Made by a program: the position numbers and the translations under genes
From: Candidatus Omnitrophota bacterium
GTDB lineage: Bacteria; Omnitrophota; Gorgyraeia; Gygaellales; Profunditerraquicolaceae
Reading direction: 5' to 3'
Assembly (NCBI GenBank): GCA_003598025.1
Contig: QZKH01000003.1
Location: 42,048 to 106,047 of the forward strand
DNA length: 64,000 nucleotides
Shown: positions 38,051 through 48,157 of the stretch, one piece after another
Layout of the letters: each line of letters begins with the position of its first letter
Position numbering within the stretch: position 1 is the first letter of the stretch
Notes under the pieces: model-generated
The model's input: only the letters and a program-made list of their open reading frames with translations
The model's database searches: none
Told to the model about the DNA's origin: nothing

Positions 38051-39453
38051 GTATGTTAAGGACGAATACTTGCGGTGAGCTGAACCTGAATGATTCCGGT
38101 AAGACAGTAGCCCTTTGCGGCTGGGTAGCGAACAGGCGCGACCACGGTAAACTTATATTTATTGACATAAGAGACAGGTATGGCATAACCCAGATTGTAT
38201 TTATACCCAAAGAATCCGGCCAGGCTTATGAAAAAGCAAAAGGTCTCGGTAATGAATTTGTAATAAGGGTAACCGGCATAGTTAACAACCGGCCTAAGAA
38301 CAACCTGAATCCTAAAATCAGTACCGGAGAAATCGAAATTTTAGTAAAAGATATGGAAGTGCTGAATCCCAGCTTGAATCCGCCATTTGAAATAAGCGAT
38401 AATTCGGAGATCACTGAAGAGCTCCGCTTTAAATACCGCTATCTTGATCTAAGGAGAGAAACGGTTTTAAATAATTTTGTAATGAGGCATAATTTATTTA
38501 AAATTATACATTCTTTCCTGGATGCCAAGGGTTTTCTGGAATTCGAGACACCCGTATTAACAAAATCCACACCGGAAGGGGCCAGGGATTACCTGGTACC
38601 TTCGCGTGTAAATCCGGGAAATTTCTTTGCCCTTCCGCAGTCACCGCAGTTATTTAAACAGATATTAATGGTTTCCCAGGCAGACAAATATTACCAGATT
38701 GCTAAGTGTTTCAGGGATGAAGACCTGCGTGCTGACCGCCAGCCGGAATTCACCCAGCTGGATATTGAGATGTCGTTTGTCGAAGAAGATGATATATATT
38801 TGCTCATAGAAGAATTGATGAAGGTTATTTTTAAAGAATTAAAGGGGGTAGATATAAAGACGCCTTTTACCCGTTTAAGTTATAAAGAAGCACAGGAAAA
38901 GTATGCAACTGATAAACCAGACTTAAGAAAGGTATTGAACTCTGAGTTTGCTTTTGCATGGGTTAATGAATTCCCTTTGTTCAAGTTTAATGAGGAGGAG
39001 AAGAGATGGGAGAGCGAGCATCATCCGTTTACCGCCCCAAGCAAAGATTCTTTGGATCTGCTTAAAACTGACCCAGCGGCAGTTAAATCAAGGTCGTATG
39101 ATCTCGTTTTAAACGGGATGGAGCTCGGTTCCGGATCGATAAGGATACATAACCAGGCGCTGCAGGAGAAAATTTTTGATATAATCGGTATTGATAAAGA
39201 ACAGGCTTACAGAAGGTTTGGTTTTCTTCTGGAGGCATTCCAGTATGGAGCCCCTCCTCATGCGGGTGTGGCTTTTGGTTTAGATAGGCTGGCTGCAATT
39301 CTTGCCGGGCAGGAGAGTATTAAAGAGGTTATCGCTTTTCCTAAGACTTCTCAGGCAATATGCCCGTTAACAGGCGCGCCTTCTGAAGTCGATGAAAAAC
39401 AATTAAAGGAGCTGGCCATTGAGGTCAGAAAAAAAGGAGGAAAAAATGGATAA
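38047..39453 (+). CDS. aspS: Aspartate--tRNA ligase, bacterial-type core without the GAD insertion domain
   Basis: FRDEDLRADRQPEFTQLDIEMSF. DKPDLR is followed directly by FAWVNEFPLF. 468 aa, against about 590 aa for typical bacterial AspRS. Confidence 0.8.
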   Translation: MSMLRTNTCGELNLNDSGKTVALCGWVANRRDHGKLIFIDIRDRYGITQIVFIPKESGQAYEKAKGLGNEFVIRVTGIVNNRPKNNLNPKISTGEIEILVKDMEVLNPSLNPPFEISDNSEITEELRFKYRYLDLRRETVLNNFVMRHNLFKIIHSFLDAKGFLEFETPVLTKSTPEGARDYLVPSRVNPGNFFALPQSPQLFKQILMVSQADKYYQIAKCFRDEDLRADRQPEFTQLDIEMSFVEEDDIYLLIEELMKVIFKELKGVDIKTPFTRLSYKEAQEKYATDKPDLRKVLNSEFAFAWVNEFPLFKFNEEEKRWESEHHPFTAPSKDSLDLLKTDPAAVKSRSYDLVLNGMELGSGSIRIHNQALQEKIFDIIGIDKEQAYRRFGFLLEAFQYGAPPHAGVAFGLDRLAAILAGQESIKEVIAFPKTSQAICPLTGAPSEVDEKQLKELAIEVRKKGGKNG

Positions 39454-39973
39454 GAAGCTGAGCGGAACAATATTGCTTGCATCTGTTTTTATTATTTCGG
39501 GATGTGTGGTCAGGACTTACCCTCTTACAAAAGACAGAGTGGATCAAGACCTGTCAGCAGGAAACAGGGGATATCTTAAGGGCGAGGCTCCTTATGAGGA
39601 GACAAAAGTGCGTAAGACAGAAAGGACGACCAGGGTAGTCGAGATTGAACTGGGTTTTCCGGCAAAAGCCAAGAAAGGTGGTAAGGCCGCACAAACGCCA
39701 GTAACTATGGAAGAGGCGGCTGTTGATTATACTGAAGGGGAAAGTATGCCTGTTCAGGAAACCGCTGAAGCCTTAAATTATGAAGAGTATGTAGTGCAGA
39801 AGAATGATACTTTACAAAAGATATCCCAGAAATTCTATGGGACGACTAAGAAATGGAATAAGATATTTGAAGCAAATAAAGAAGCTTTAAAAAGCCCGGA
39901 TCGGATATATCCCGGCCAGACAATAATGGTCCCTGTTGAAAATATGAAGGAGCCGGCGGTTAAGATCAAATAA
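39446..39973 (+). CDS. LysM-domain lipoprotein. Start chosen at MDKKL. The track ORF starts at 39419.
   Basis: Lipobox LLASVFIISGC. C-terminal LysM YVVQKNDTLQKISQKFYG...YPGQTIMVP. Confidence 0.7.
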   Translation: MDKKLSGTILLASVFIISGCVVRTYPLTKDRVDQDLSAGNRGYLKGEAPYEETKVRKTERTTRVVEIELGFPAKAKKGGKAAQTPVTMEEAAVDYTEGESMPVQETAEALNYEEYVVQKNDTLQKISQKFYGTTKKWNKIFEANKEALKSPDRIYPGQTIMVPVENMKEPAVKIK

Positions 39974-39975
39974 AA

Positions 39976-40932
39976 ATGGAAAAAAATATAAGGCTTTGTA
40001 CTCATGATGAAGCTAAGCTATTATTCGGGCCCAATGATCAGAATACGAAGTCTATAGAGAAGCAATTTAAAGTAAAGATAACTGTTCGTAATGAGCATCT
40101 TAAAATAAAAGGTGCTGCAAATAATATAAAAAAGTCTGCTAGCCTGATAGAAAGCATACTTGGCGGCTTACGAAATGGAAATATTTTAGGGCCGGAAGAG
40201 GTAAAAGATCTGATATCCGGGTATAAGAACGGATCAAAAGGCTATGTATCGGATCTGTTGAGCATGCCATCACTTACTTGTTCTTCCGCGGGTAAGCGTA
40301 TCGGGCCAAGGACAAAAGGCCAGCAGGAGTATGTTCAGGCCATCAGAGCATATGATATTGTTTTTGGCATCGGGCCGGCGGGGACAGGCAAGACGTATCT
40401 TGCCATGGCTGCCGCGGTTGAGGCGCTCAAGAAGCATGAGGTGCGCAGGATAATACTCACGCGCCCTGCTATTGAAGCCGGGGAGTCCCTGGGTTTTCTG
40501 CCCGGGGATATGGTAGAGAAGATATCCCCTTATCTGCGCCCTTTGTATGATGCGATGTATGATATGATGGATGCCGAGGTCATTGAAAAATACCTTGAAA
40601 CGGGGATTGTCGAAGTTGCGCCTTTGGCTTATATGCGCGGGAGGACTTTAAATGAAGCATTTATCATCCTGGATGAAGCGCAGAATTGCACAGCCGAACA
40701 GATGAAGATGTTTCTGACCCGCCTGGGTTTTGATTCAAAGGCCGTGATTACCGGGGATATAACGCAAAGCGATCTTCCTGAAGGTAGGCCCGTAGGTTTA
40801 TTGCAGGCCCAGGATATACTTTCCGGAATAGAAGGGATAAAGTTCATCAGATTCAGCGGCCTGGATGTTGTAAGGCATGCTTTAGTGCAAAGGATAATCG
40901 AAGCTTATGATAAAACAAGCCGTAATAAATAA
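39976..40932 (+). CDS. phoH: PhoH-like ATPase (PhoH/YbeZ)
   Basis: Walker A GPAGTGKTYLA. N-terminal KH-like region. 318 aa. Confidence 0.85.
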   Translation: MEKNIRLCTHDEAKLLFGPNDQNTKSIEKQFKVKITVRNEHLKIKGAANNIKKSASLIESILGGLRNGNILGPEEVKDLISGYKNGSKGYVSDLLSMPSLTCSSAGKRIGPRTKGQQEYVQAIRAYDIVFGIGPAGTGKTYLAMAAAVEALKKHEVRRIILTRPAIEAGESLGFLPGDMVEKISPYLRPLYDAMYDMMDAEVIEKYLETGIVEVAPLAYMRGRTLNEAFIILDEAQNCTAEQMKMFLTRLGFDSKAVITGDITQSDLPEGRPVGLLQAQDILSGIEGIKFIRFSGLDVVRHALVQRIIEAYDKTSRNK

Positions 40933-42301
40933 AGCTAAGTTTTTCTTTATCTCTATTTTGATTTTGATAGTCGGCTATATCGTCGGCATAAATCTTATAG
41001 TGCCGGTTTTTATACTTACCCTGGCCACGTATTTTAAATACCGTAAGACAATATACCAAAAAGAAAGCTTGCTGGAGTTAAGCCTGCTCTATCTGATAGG
41101 TTTTGCCACCAGCTATTTTATTTTGAATAACAGGCTTTCTGTTTTCCTGATCCCTTTCTGCGTGATACCCATGCTGGCAGCCATATTATATAATAATCTT
41201 GAAGTATCTTTTCTTTTAAGCTTGTCTTATGCTTTCTCCGTGGCTTCTCTTTATGGCAATAACCTTAACCTCGGGCTGCTATTCTTGATCAGCGGTGTAG
41301 CTTCAGGTATCTTTGTTTTCGGTTTGCGCAGGCGTATGGTGATAATCAGGACCGGCATAATAATAGGGGTACTACAGGTTGCGCTCTTGCTGATCATTGA
41401 CAGGTTTAGTATTGGTGACCCGAGTAGGTATACGGTGCTGTTTATCAATGGTATTATCTCAAGCGTGGTTGTATTGGGAGTCTTGCCGATATTTGAATAT
41501 CTTTTTGGCACAATTACAAATATCAGCCTACTTGAATTAGCCGATTTCAATCACCCTCTTATGCAGAGGATGATAATGGAAGCACCAGGCACTTACCATC
41601 ATAGCTTGATCGTGGGCAATCTTGCTGAGGCCGCGTGTTCTGCCGTAGGGGCAAACGCTTTATTATCCCGGGTCGGGGCATATTATCATGATATCGGCAA
41701 GCTCGATAAGCCTGAATATTTCAGCGAGAACCAGCAGTTGGATAGGAGTAAACACGAAGATTTGTCCCCATCCATGAGTAAGCTGGTTATAATGAACCAT
41801 GTAAAAGAAGGCGTAGACCTGGCAAAAAAATATAAGATTAATAGGAGGCTTATAGATTTTATACAGCAGCATCATGGTGACAGCCTTGTATATTATTTTT
41901 ACCGCAGGGCGCTTGAGAATGTTGACGGAGGCGAAGAAGTCAACGAAGAAGGTTTTCGTTATCCCGGGCCCAAGCCCGCTACCAAGGAGACAGCCATAGT
42001 ATTATTGGCTGATTCTGTCGAGGCAGCTACGCGCTCATTAAAGGATTTTTCACCCAATAAGATTGAAGAGGAAGTGCATAAAATTATCAATAATAAGTTT
42101 ATAGACGGCCAGCTTGATGAATGCGAACTCACCCTAAAAGACCTTGAGAATATTTCCAAGGTGTTTATTAGAATACTCAGCGGCATATATCACGTTCGGG
42201 TGTCCTATCCGGAGAAAAATTCAAATAGTGAAGATAGCTATAAAAAACCTTCAGAAGAAAGTCTGCGTCAGTCCAGCAAAGGTAAGAAAAGTAGTGCTTA
42301 A
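40907..42301 (+). CDS. pgpH: Membrane HD-domain phosphohydrolase of the 7TMR-HD (PgpH/YqfF) family. Putative c-di-AMP phosphodiesterase.
   Basis: About 7 transmembrane helices, then an HD domain (HHSLIVGNLAE...YYHDIGK). phoH-pgpH-ybeY order as in Firmicutes. Confidence 0.7.
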   Translation: MIKQAVINKAKFFFISILILIVGYIVGINLIVPVFILTLATYFKYRKTIYQKESLLELSLLYLIGFATSYFILNNRLSVFLIPFCVIPMLAAILYNNLEVSFLLSLSYAFSVASLYGNNLNLGLLFLISGVASGIFVFGLRRRMVIIRTGIIIGVLQVALLLIIDRFSIGDPSRYTVLFINGIISSVVVLGVLPIFEYLFGTITNISLLELADFNHPLMQRMIMEAPGTYHHSLIVGNLAEAACSAVGANALLSRVGAYYHDIGKLDKPEYFSENQQLDRSKHEDLSPSMSKLVIMNHVKEGVDLAKKYKINRRLIDFIQQHHGDSLVYYFYRRALENVDGGEEVNEEGFRYPGPKPATKETAIVLLADSVEAATRSLKDFSPNKIEEEVHKIINNKFIDGQLDECELTLKDLENISKVFIRILSGIYHVRVSYPEKNSNSEDSYKKPSEESLRQSSKGKKSSA

Positions 42302-42656
42302 GACTCTTTCTCTGGAAAGGGCGCGCTACCCGTTGGAACTGTCGGTTACTTTTGTCAGCGACAATAAAATCAAAAGGCTTAATAAACTATATTTGGGGAA
42401 AAATGAGGCGACTGATGTCTTGGCGTTTGATTTATCAGGTTCAGGCGCTCGTTCTGCCGTTGCCGATATTATAATATCTACAGATACAGCCAGCCGCCAG
42501 GCAAGGCAATATGCTACGAGCGCACTCTTTGAAGTTTACTTATATCTTGTACACGGGCTTTTGCATATTCTCGGATATAGCGATGATACAGAAAGCGGAT
42601 ATTTAAAGATGCAGAAGCGCTGCGAATATATACTTAACAAACTTAATCTGAGTTGA
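42294..42656 (+). CDS. ybeY: Endoribonuclease YbeY. Likely GTG start. The track ORF runs from 42144, overlapping pgpH.
   Basis: C-terminal HGLLHILGYSD metal-binding H3 motif. Confidence 0.65.
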   Translation: MLKTLSLERARYPLELSVTFVSDNKIKRLNKLYLGKNEATDVLAFDLSGSGARSAVADIIISTDTASRQARQYATSALFEVYLYLVHGLLHILGYSDDTESGYLKMQKRCEYILNKLNLS

Positions 42657-43441
42657 TAGAAAGGCCCAAGATGCCGATTTTAAAAGCGGAAGCAATAGTG
42701 CTGAACAAATGGGATTTCAGGGAGACCTCGCTTATAGTGAATTTTCTGACTAAAGAGTTTGGTAAGGTATCAGGCCTGCTTAAGGGCATCAGAAAAGAGC
42801 CGAAGAAATTCGCAAGCACATTAGAGATATTTTCACACAATGATATATTGTTTTATCAGAAAAGGGAAAGCACCCTGCACTTGGTAAGCCAGTGCGATAT
42901 AAGAGACAACTTCAATAATACAAGGAGTCAGATCCCCGGGATAGCAGCTTCCAGCCTGATGATGGAGTTATTGGATGCTATAATGCCCATAGAGGACCCC
43001 AATGAAGATGTTTTTAACCTTGCCCTGGATTGTCTGAAGGAAATAAACAACGGGAGCAGCCCGGAAAAGATAACAACGATATTTAAAATAAAGACTCTTT
43101 CCCTTTCGGGTTTTAGGCCGAATTTCGACTCTTGTGTTTCCTGCCAGGGAAAGATACTGGGTGATTCAAAATTCAGTCTGGTATTAGGCGGCTTATTATG
43201 CAGCAGGTGTTTTACCAAAGATACGAGTTCCCGTTCGGTGTTCAGAGGCACGGTAGCCTCTATCTTGCACATAGAGCGCAACGATTTAAAGAGCAACCTT
43301 AACCTCGGGATGAACCCGCAGATTAAGCGTGAATTAGAACTTATTCTAAACACATTCCTTAATTTCCATTTAGGGCGAAGTTTAAAATCGCAGAAGGTAG
43401 CCAATAAGCTTAACGATTCAAGAGTTCCTTTGGCAGTTTAA
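42653..43441 (+). CDS. recO: DNA repair protein RecO
   Basis: MPILKAEAIVLNKWDFRETSLIV OB-fold N-terminus. Cys-rich C-terminal region CVSCQG..CSRC. Confidence 0.8.
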   Translation: MIERPKMPILKAEAIVLNKWDFRETSLIVNFLTKEFGKVSGLLKGIRKEPKKFASTLEIFSHNDILFYQKRESTLHLVSQCDIRDNFNNTRSQIPGIAASSLMMELLDAIMPIEDPNEDVFNLALDCLKEINNGSSPEKITTIFKIKTLSLSGFRPNFDSCVSCQGKILGDSKFSLVLGGLLCSRCFTKDTSSRSVFRGTVASILHIERNDLKSNLNLGMNPQIKRELELILNTFLNFHLGRSLKSQKVANKLNDSRVPLAV

Positions 43442-43466
43442 GAAGAATTATGTTTGGAGGCAATAT

Positions 43467-44408
43467 ATGAAAATAGTTATAGTTGGCGCAGGGGCCATAG
43501 GCAGTCTTTTGGCAGCTATGTTATCTAAAACCAAAGAAGAGGTATGGGTCCTGGAAAAAGATAAAGAACGATCTGCTATTATCAATAAGCACGGTATCAG
43601 TATTGAAGGTGTTTCGGGCAGCTGGAACGCAAAAGTAAAAGCAACAGTGGATGTTTCCGAAGTAGATAAGGCTGACCTGGTGCTTATCTGTGTAAAATCT
43701 TATGATACCAAGAAAGCCGTGCTCTCAGCCAAGCCTTTACTCCATAAAAATACTGTCGTCCTGACATTGCAAAATGGCATCGGTAATATTGAAGTCATCA
43801 GCGAAATTATCGGTGAGAATATGGTTATGGGAGGCGCTACCAGCCAGGGAGCTACGCTTATTAAACCTGCCCATGTCCGCCATGCAGGTAAGGGTGAAAC
43901 AGTAATCGGGTTCATCGACGGCAGGACCACGGTAGAAATACGCTCCATAAGGGAGTTATTTAATAAGGCGGGCCTGGAGATTAAAATATCAAGAGATATA
44001 AAATCAGTTTTATGGTCTAAGCTGATAGTAAATGTCGGCATAAATGCAATATCTGCCCTTACCAGGATGAAGAATGGAAAATTGATCGAGTTTGAAGGGA
44101 CCCGTAAGATATTAAGGGCAGCTGTTTCGGAGGCTGTGCGCATTGCAAAAAGGAAAAGAGTCAAACTTATTTATGATGACCCGCTTGCAAAAGTAGAAGC
44201 TGTCTGCGAGTCTACTGCACAGAACATCTCTTCGATGCTGCAGGACGTGCTGAATAAAAAGAAGACAGAAATAGATTATATAAATGGGGTAGTTGTGAGA
44301 TTAGGGCAGGAACTCTCAATTCCAACGCCTGTTAATTCTCTTTTAGTTGATTTAGTTAAAACGATCGAATCCGGTTACGAATCAGTAGTAGAAAACAGCC
44401 GTAGCTGA
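43467..44408 (+). CDS. panE: 2-dehydropantoate 2-reductase
   Basis: MKIVIVGAGAIGSLLAAML Rossmann fold and the ApbA C-terminal domain. 313 aa. Confidence 0.8.
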   Translation: MKIVIVGAGAIGSLLAAMLSKTKEEVWVLEKDKERSAIINKHGISIEGVSGSWNAKVKATVDVSEVDKADLVLICVKSYDTKKAVLSAKPLLHKNTVVLTLQNGIGNIEVISEIIGENMVMGGATSQGATLIKPAHVRHAGKGETVIGFIDGRTTVEIRSIRELFNKAGLEIKISRDIKSVLWSKLIVNVGINAISALTRMKNGKLIEFEGTRKILRAAVSEAVRIAKRKRVKLIYDDPLAKVEAVCESTAQNISSMLQDVLNKKKTEIDYINGVVVRLGQELSIPTPVNSLLVDLVKTIESGYESVVENSRS

Positions 44409-44432
44409 TAAAGCCCCGGCAGGTGTTTTGTT

Positions 44433-45233
44433 ATGATAAAAAAAAGCATTATTTTTTTTATGATTCTTGCTGGGTTCGGTTTGCTGCTGCGCTTTTTTTT
44501 AATTAATCCTACCGTAGGTTTCCTTAGCAAAAGCCGCGATTTTGAATCAGCAGAGAAACAGATATTAACCGACCTCAAAAACAGGGAAGATAAGACCGCC
44601 TTTAACAGGGCGCAGAGAATATTGAGAACTGACCCTGAGAATAATTTTGCCATCTGGGCAAAGGCGGAAGTTTTACGCAGAAGGTATGATTTTAAAGAAT
44701 CGCAAGAATTGCTTGAACAGGTATTAGCAAAGGACCCTGATCATACCTTAAGCCAGATTTCTTTAGCTTATATATATTATAATGATTCTAAATTAGATGA
44801 AGCAACACGCTTATTAAAACAATGTTTGGGGCAAAAGGATCTAAGCAGCCAGAACCGTGCAATGGTGTATATTTTGATCGGTTCTATAAATGCAAAAAGG
44901 ATCAACAGTTCGGCAATGATTGATAAATTATTTTTTGCAGTGAATATAAAAAAATATTTTATCCAAGCGCTCGAAATCTCTCCTGAATTGCCTGAGGTCC
45001 ATCTTGGGTTAGGCACGTATTTTTTATTGGCTCCTCAGATCATGGGCGGCAACGTTGATAAGTCAATTGAGCATCTTGAGATCGCCATTAAACTCTCGCC
45101 TCAATTTTCAACCCCCTATATGAGGCTGTCGCAGGCTTATAAGAAGAAAGGCGATATGGAAAAGGCGGAGTTTTACAGGCAGAAGGCCGTCAAGATAGAG
45201 CCGGGTATAGATAAATTAAAAAACCTTCAATAA
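44433..45233 (+). CDS. TPR-repeat protein with an N-terminal membrane anchor. Function unknown.
   Basis: Hydrophobic N-terminus. Repeated TPR-like helices. Confidence 0.5.
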   Translation: MIKKSIIFFMILAGFGLLLRFFLINPTVGFLSKSRDFESAEKQILTDLKNREDKTAFNRAQRILRTDPENNFAIWAKAEVLRRRYDFKESQELLEQVLAKDPDHTLSQISLAYIYYNDSKLDEATRLLKQCLGQKDLSSQNRAMVYILIGSINAKRINSSAMIDKLFFAVNIKKYFIQALEISPELPEVHLGLGTYFLLAPQIMGGNVDKSIEHLEIAIKLSPQFSTPYMRLSQAYKKKGDMEKAEFYRQKAVKIEPGIDKLKNLQ

Positions 45234-45265
45234 TAAAACCATAAAAACACCCAACCCTTTGTAAT

Positions 45266-46975
45266 ATGGAAAGCACCTTAATTGCAAATATATTCAGGGA
45301 TATCGCTAATATTCTTGAGATAAAGGGAGAAAATATCTTTCGTATACGGGCATATACACGGGCCGCAGAGGTGATAGAGGGTTTTAGCGGAAACCTTGAA
45401 GAATATGTTAATGAGGATAAGCTTCAAGAGATACCCGGTATCGGCAAGGACCTTTCTGCAAAGATAATAGAAATATTTTCTACGGGTAAACTTAAGTTTT
45501 ATGAAGATTTAAAACGAAGTATACCCGAAGGGTTGCTGGAAATTCTTAATATCCCTTCAATCGGGCCCAAGACTGCCAGGCTTTTGTACGACAAACTGGG
45601 CATAAAAGGTATAGCCGACCTGGAAAATGCCATATCTGAAGGCAGGCTCCTGAAATTGCCCGGCATAAAAGGCAAAACCGTAGAGAATATTAAAAAAGGA
45701 ATAGCTCTTTTTAAGGAAGGCCGTCAAAGAATGCTTTTGCCGGAAGCCTATAACGTGTCTGATGGCTTTATAAAATATCTTAGTGCCATACCGGCAGTAG
45801 ATAAAATCTCAGTCGCCGGCAGCCTAAGGAGAAAAAAAGAGACCATAAGGGATATAGATATTTTAGTTACTTCGAAAAACCCGGGGAAGGTTATGCAGGC
45901 ATTTTTGAAAGCTCCTTCGGTTAACCGGGTTTTAGCCAAAGGAGAAACGAAAAGCTCGGTAATAACAAAAGGCGGTGTGCAGGTTGACTGTAGGGTAGTA
46001 AAAAATGAATCCTATGGCGCTGCGCTTATATATTTTACAGGATCAAAAGATTTCAATATAAAACTCCGGCAGCTAGCGATAAAAAAGAAGCTGAAGATTA
46101 ATGAATACGGAATATACAGGGGCAATAAATTAATTTACGGTAAAGATGAAAAAGGTGTTTTTAAGGTATTAGGCCTCGATTATGTAGAACCTGAGTTGCG
46201 CGAAAACACAGGGGAAGTAGAACTGGCAATTAAATCTGGATTGCCAATTTTGATCCAGGATAAGGATATAAAAGGCGACCTGCATGTTCATTCTAAATGG
46301 TCTGATGGCATTAACAGCATAGAAGAGATGGCTTATGCGGCAAAAGGAGCGGGGTATTCATATATAGCTGTAACCGATCATTCCCAGAGTTTAAAAGTTG
46401 CCGGAGGATTATCAATAGGTGATTTGCGTAAAAAGAAAAAAGAGATCGATAAGATAAATTCTAAATTGAATAATTTCAGAGTGCTTTACGGCACGGAGGT
46501 TGATATTGATTCTGAAGGCAATATTGATTATGATGATGATATATTGAAAGAGTTTGATATTGTAGTAGCTGCTATCCATACCGGGTTCAAACAGGCACGG
46601 ATTCAAATAACCAGCAGATTAGTAAGGGCATGCAATAATAAATATGTGAATATCATCGCGCATCCTACTGGGAGATTATGGGGTGTGCGACCTTCTTACG
46701 ATGTAGATTGGGAGAAAGTGTTAAGCGTGGCCAGAGATACTAACACCACACTTGAAATCAATAGCTTTGCCCAAAGGCTTGACCTGGATTCCCATGATGC
46801 AAGGCGTGCGGCTGAATCCGGAGTAAAGCTGGCCATAAATACTGATTCGCATGATATAGGGCATTTGAAATCAATAAAGTTCGGAGTCGGCGTTGCCAGA
46901 AGGGCGTGGCTTAAAAAGGAAGATGTCATAAATACGCTCACTTTAGATGAGTTACTTAAGAAGATAAGGAAATGA
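45266..46975 (+). CDS. polX: Family X DNA polymerase with a C-terminal PHP domain (PolX)
   Basis: Pol-beta-like HhH/nucleotidyltransferase N-terminal half. PHP histidines HVHSKWSDG. 569 aa. Confidence 0.8.
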   Translation: MESTLIANIFRDIANILEIKGENIFRIRAYTRAAEVIEGFSGNLEEYVNEDKLQEIPGIGKDLSAKIIEIFSTGKLKFYEDLKRSIPEGLLEILNIPSIGPKTARLLYDKLGIKGIADLENAISEGRLLKLPGIKGKTVENIKKGIALFKEGRQRMLLPEAYNVSDGFIKYLSAIPAVDKISVAGSLRRKKETIRDIDILVTSKNPGKVMQAFLKAPSVNRVLAKGETKSSVITKGGVQVDCRVVKNESYGAALIYFTGSKDFNIKLRQLAIKKKLKINEYGIYRGNKLIYGKDEKGVFKVLGLDYVEPELRENTGEVELAIKSGLPILIQDKDIKGDLHVHSKWSDGINSIEEMAYAAKGAGYSYIAVTDHSQSLKVAGGLSIGDLRKKKKEIDKINSKLNNFRVLYGTEVDIDSEGNIDYDDDILKEFDIVVAAIHTGFKQARIQITSRLVRACNNKYVNIIAHPTGRLWGVRPSYDVDWEKVLSVARDTNTTLEINSFAQRLDLDSHDARRAAESGVKLAINTDSHDIGHLKSIKFGVGVARRAWLKKEDVINTLTLDELLKKIRK

Positions 46976-47041
46976 AAGCAGCTCATAACTAATATCGAGC
47001 ATCGAGAATCTCTTAGTCTACAGTTAACGGGCCACACAGTA

Positions 47042-47185
47042 TGGCTGATAGCTGAGAGCGGATAGCTGAAAGCTGCATTTGTTCACAGTTCATGGTTCAT
47101 AGAAATGACTAGAGTAGTTAGTCACAAAGACACACGACACAAGGACACAAAAATCTTGAGTTCACTATTCACATTTCACGGATTG
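47042..47185. repeat. Composite repeat locus: GGCTGATAGCTGAGAGCGGATAGCTGAAAGCTG (reverse complement of the valS 21618 repeat), then family-A octamers, then the family-B left arm, then TTCAC units
   Basis: ggctgatagctgagagcggatagctgaaagctg catttgttcacagttcatggttcatag ... gtcacaaagacacacgacacaaggacacaa ... gagttcactattcacatttcacgg. Confidence 0.75.
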
Positions 47186-48157
47186 AGACTTATTTTGCGT
47201 TATTTTCTTGTTTCTGCGCTCCGTCCACTTTGCTCCGCGCACAAGGCTACTTTACCAATTATTGTTTTATTGTCTGCTCTATTTCTCTCCGGATGCCAGG
47301 AGAGTGAATTATACAGAGAAAAGATGGTTTTGATGGGGACTTTTGTTGAAGTTATTTCTCCTGACACTCGGGCGCCGGCAATTGTTTTTAATGAAATAAA
47401 GAGGGTAGAATCCATTTTTAGCAAATATAAAGCGGATAGCCAGGTGGCATTGCTAAATCATAATGGCAGGATTGCTCCTTCAAAAGAGCTGTTTTTTGTT
47501 GCAGAAAAGGCAAGAAAATTCTGGGAGGATTCCGGGGGTGCTTTTGATGTAACTATCGGCCCGTTAATGGATGCCTGGGGTTTTACAGAAAAAGAATACA
47601 TCAGGCCCCCTGATGCCAAAATCAGCGAGGCCCTTCTTAAGGTAGGCCTTGACAAAGTTGATATTAAGAGTAATCTAATATATTTTAAGGTTGCAGGCAT
47701 GAAGGTGGATTTCGGGGCGATTGCAAAAGGATATGCTGTTGATCGCGCGGTCAAAGAATTAAAGAATGCAGGCATAAATAGCTGTTTGATTAATGCAGGG
47801 GGCGATATTTATTGCCTGGGGAAAAAGTTCGGCCGTCCCTGGAGGGTAGCTGTAAATAACCCCCGCAGAAGCGGGTATATTGAATACCTTAACATAGAAG
47901 ATAAAGCTGTTGTTACCAGCGGAGATTACGAGAATTTCTTTATAAACAACGGAAAGCGTTTTTCTCATATATTCAATCCTAAGACAGGATATCCGGCTGA
48001 TTCAGGGGTTGTTTCGGTGACTGTAGTAGCTGATGATTGCCTTACAGCGGATGCGCTGGCAACAAGTATTTTTGTTTTAGGCAGAAAAGAAGGCTTGGAG
48101 CTTGCTAAGAAATATAATTCAGGCCGGGTGATAATAATATCCAAAGACGATGTTTAA
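47105..48157 (+). CDS. apbE: FAD:protein FMN transferase (ApbE family) lipoprotein. The true start is probably downstream of 47105, because the first 25 codons are repeat sequence.
   Basis: Lipobox LLSALFLSGC. ApbE motifs in the C-terminal 300 aa. Confidence 0.75.
   Translation: MTRVVSHKDTRHKDTKILSSLFTFHGLRLILRYFLVSALRPLCSAHKATLPIIVLLSALFLSGCQESELYREKMVLMGTFVEVISPDTRAPAIVFNEIKRVESIFSKYKADSQVALLNHNGRIAPSKELFFVAEKARKFWEDSGGAFDVTIGPLMDAWGFTEKEYIRPPDAKISEALLKVGLDKVDIKSNLIYFKVAGMKVDFGAIAKGYAVDRAVKELKNAGINSCLINAGGDIYCLGKKFGRPWRVAVNNPRRSGYIEYLNIEDKAVVTSGDYENFFINNGKRFSHIFNPKTGYPADSGVVSVTVVADDCLTADALATSIFVLGRKEGLELAKKYNSGRVIIISKDDV

Noticed and set aside
42144-42293. N-terminal 50 codons of the track's ybeY ORF (start at 42144)
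   Set aside because: Overlaps the 3' end of pgpH in another frame and has no similarity to YbeY. A GTG at 42294, overlapping the pgpH stop, gives a normal-length YbeY.
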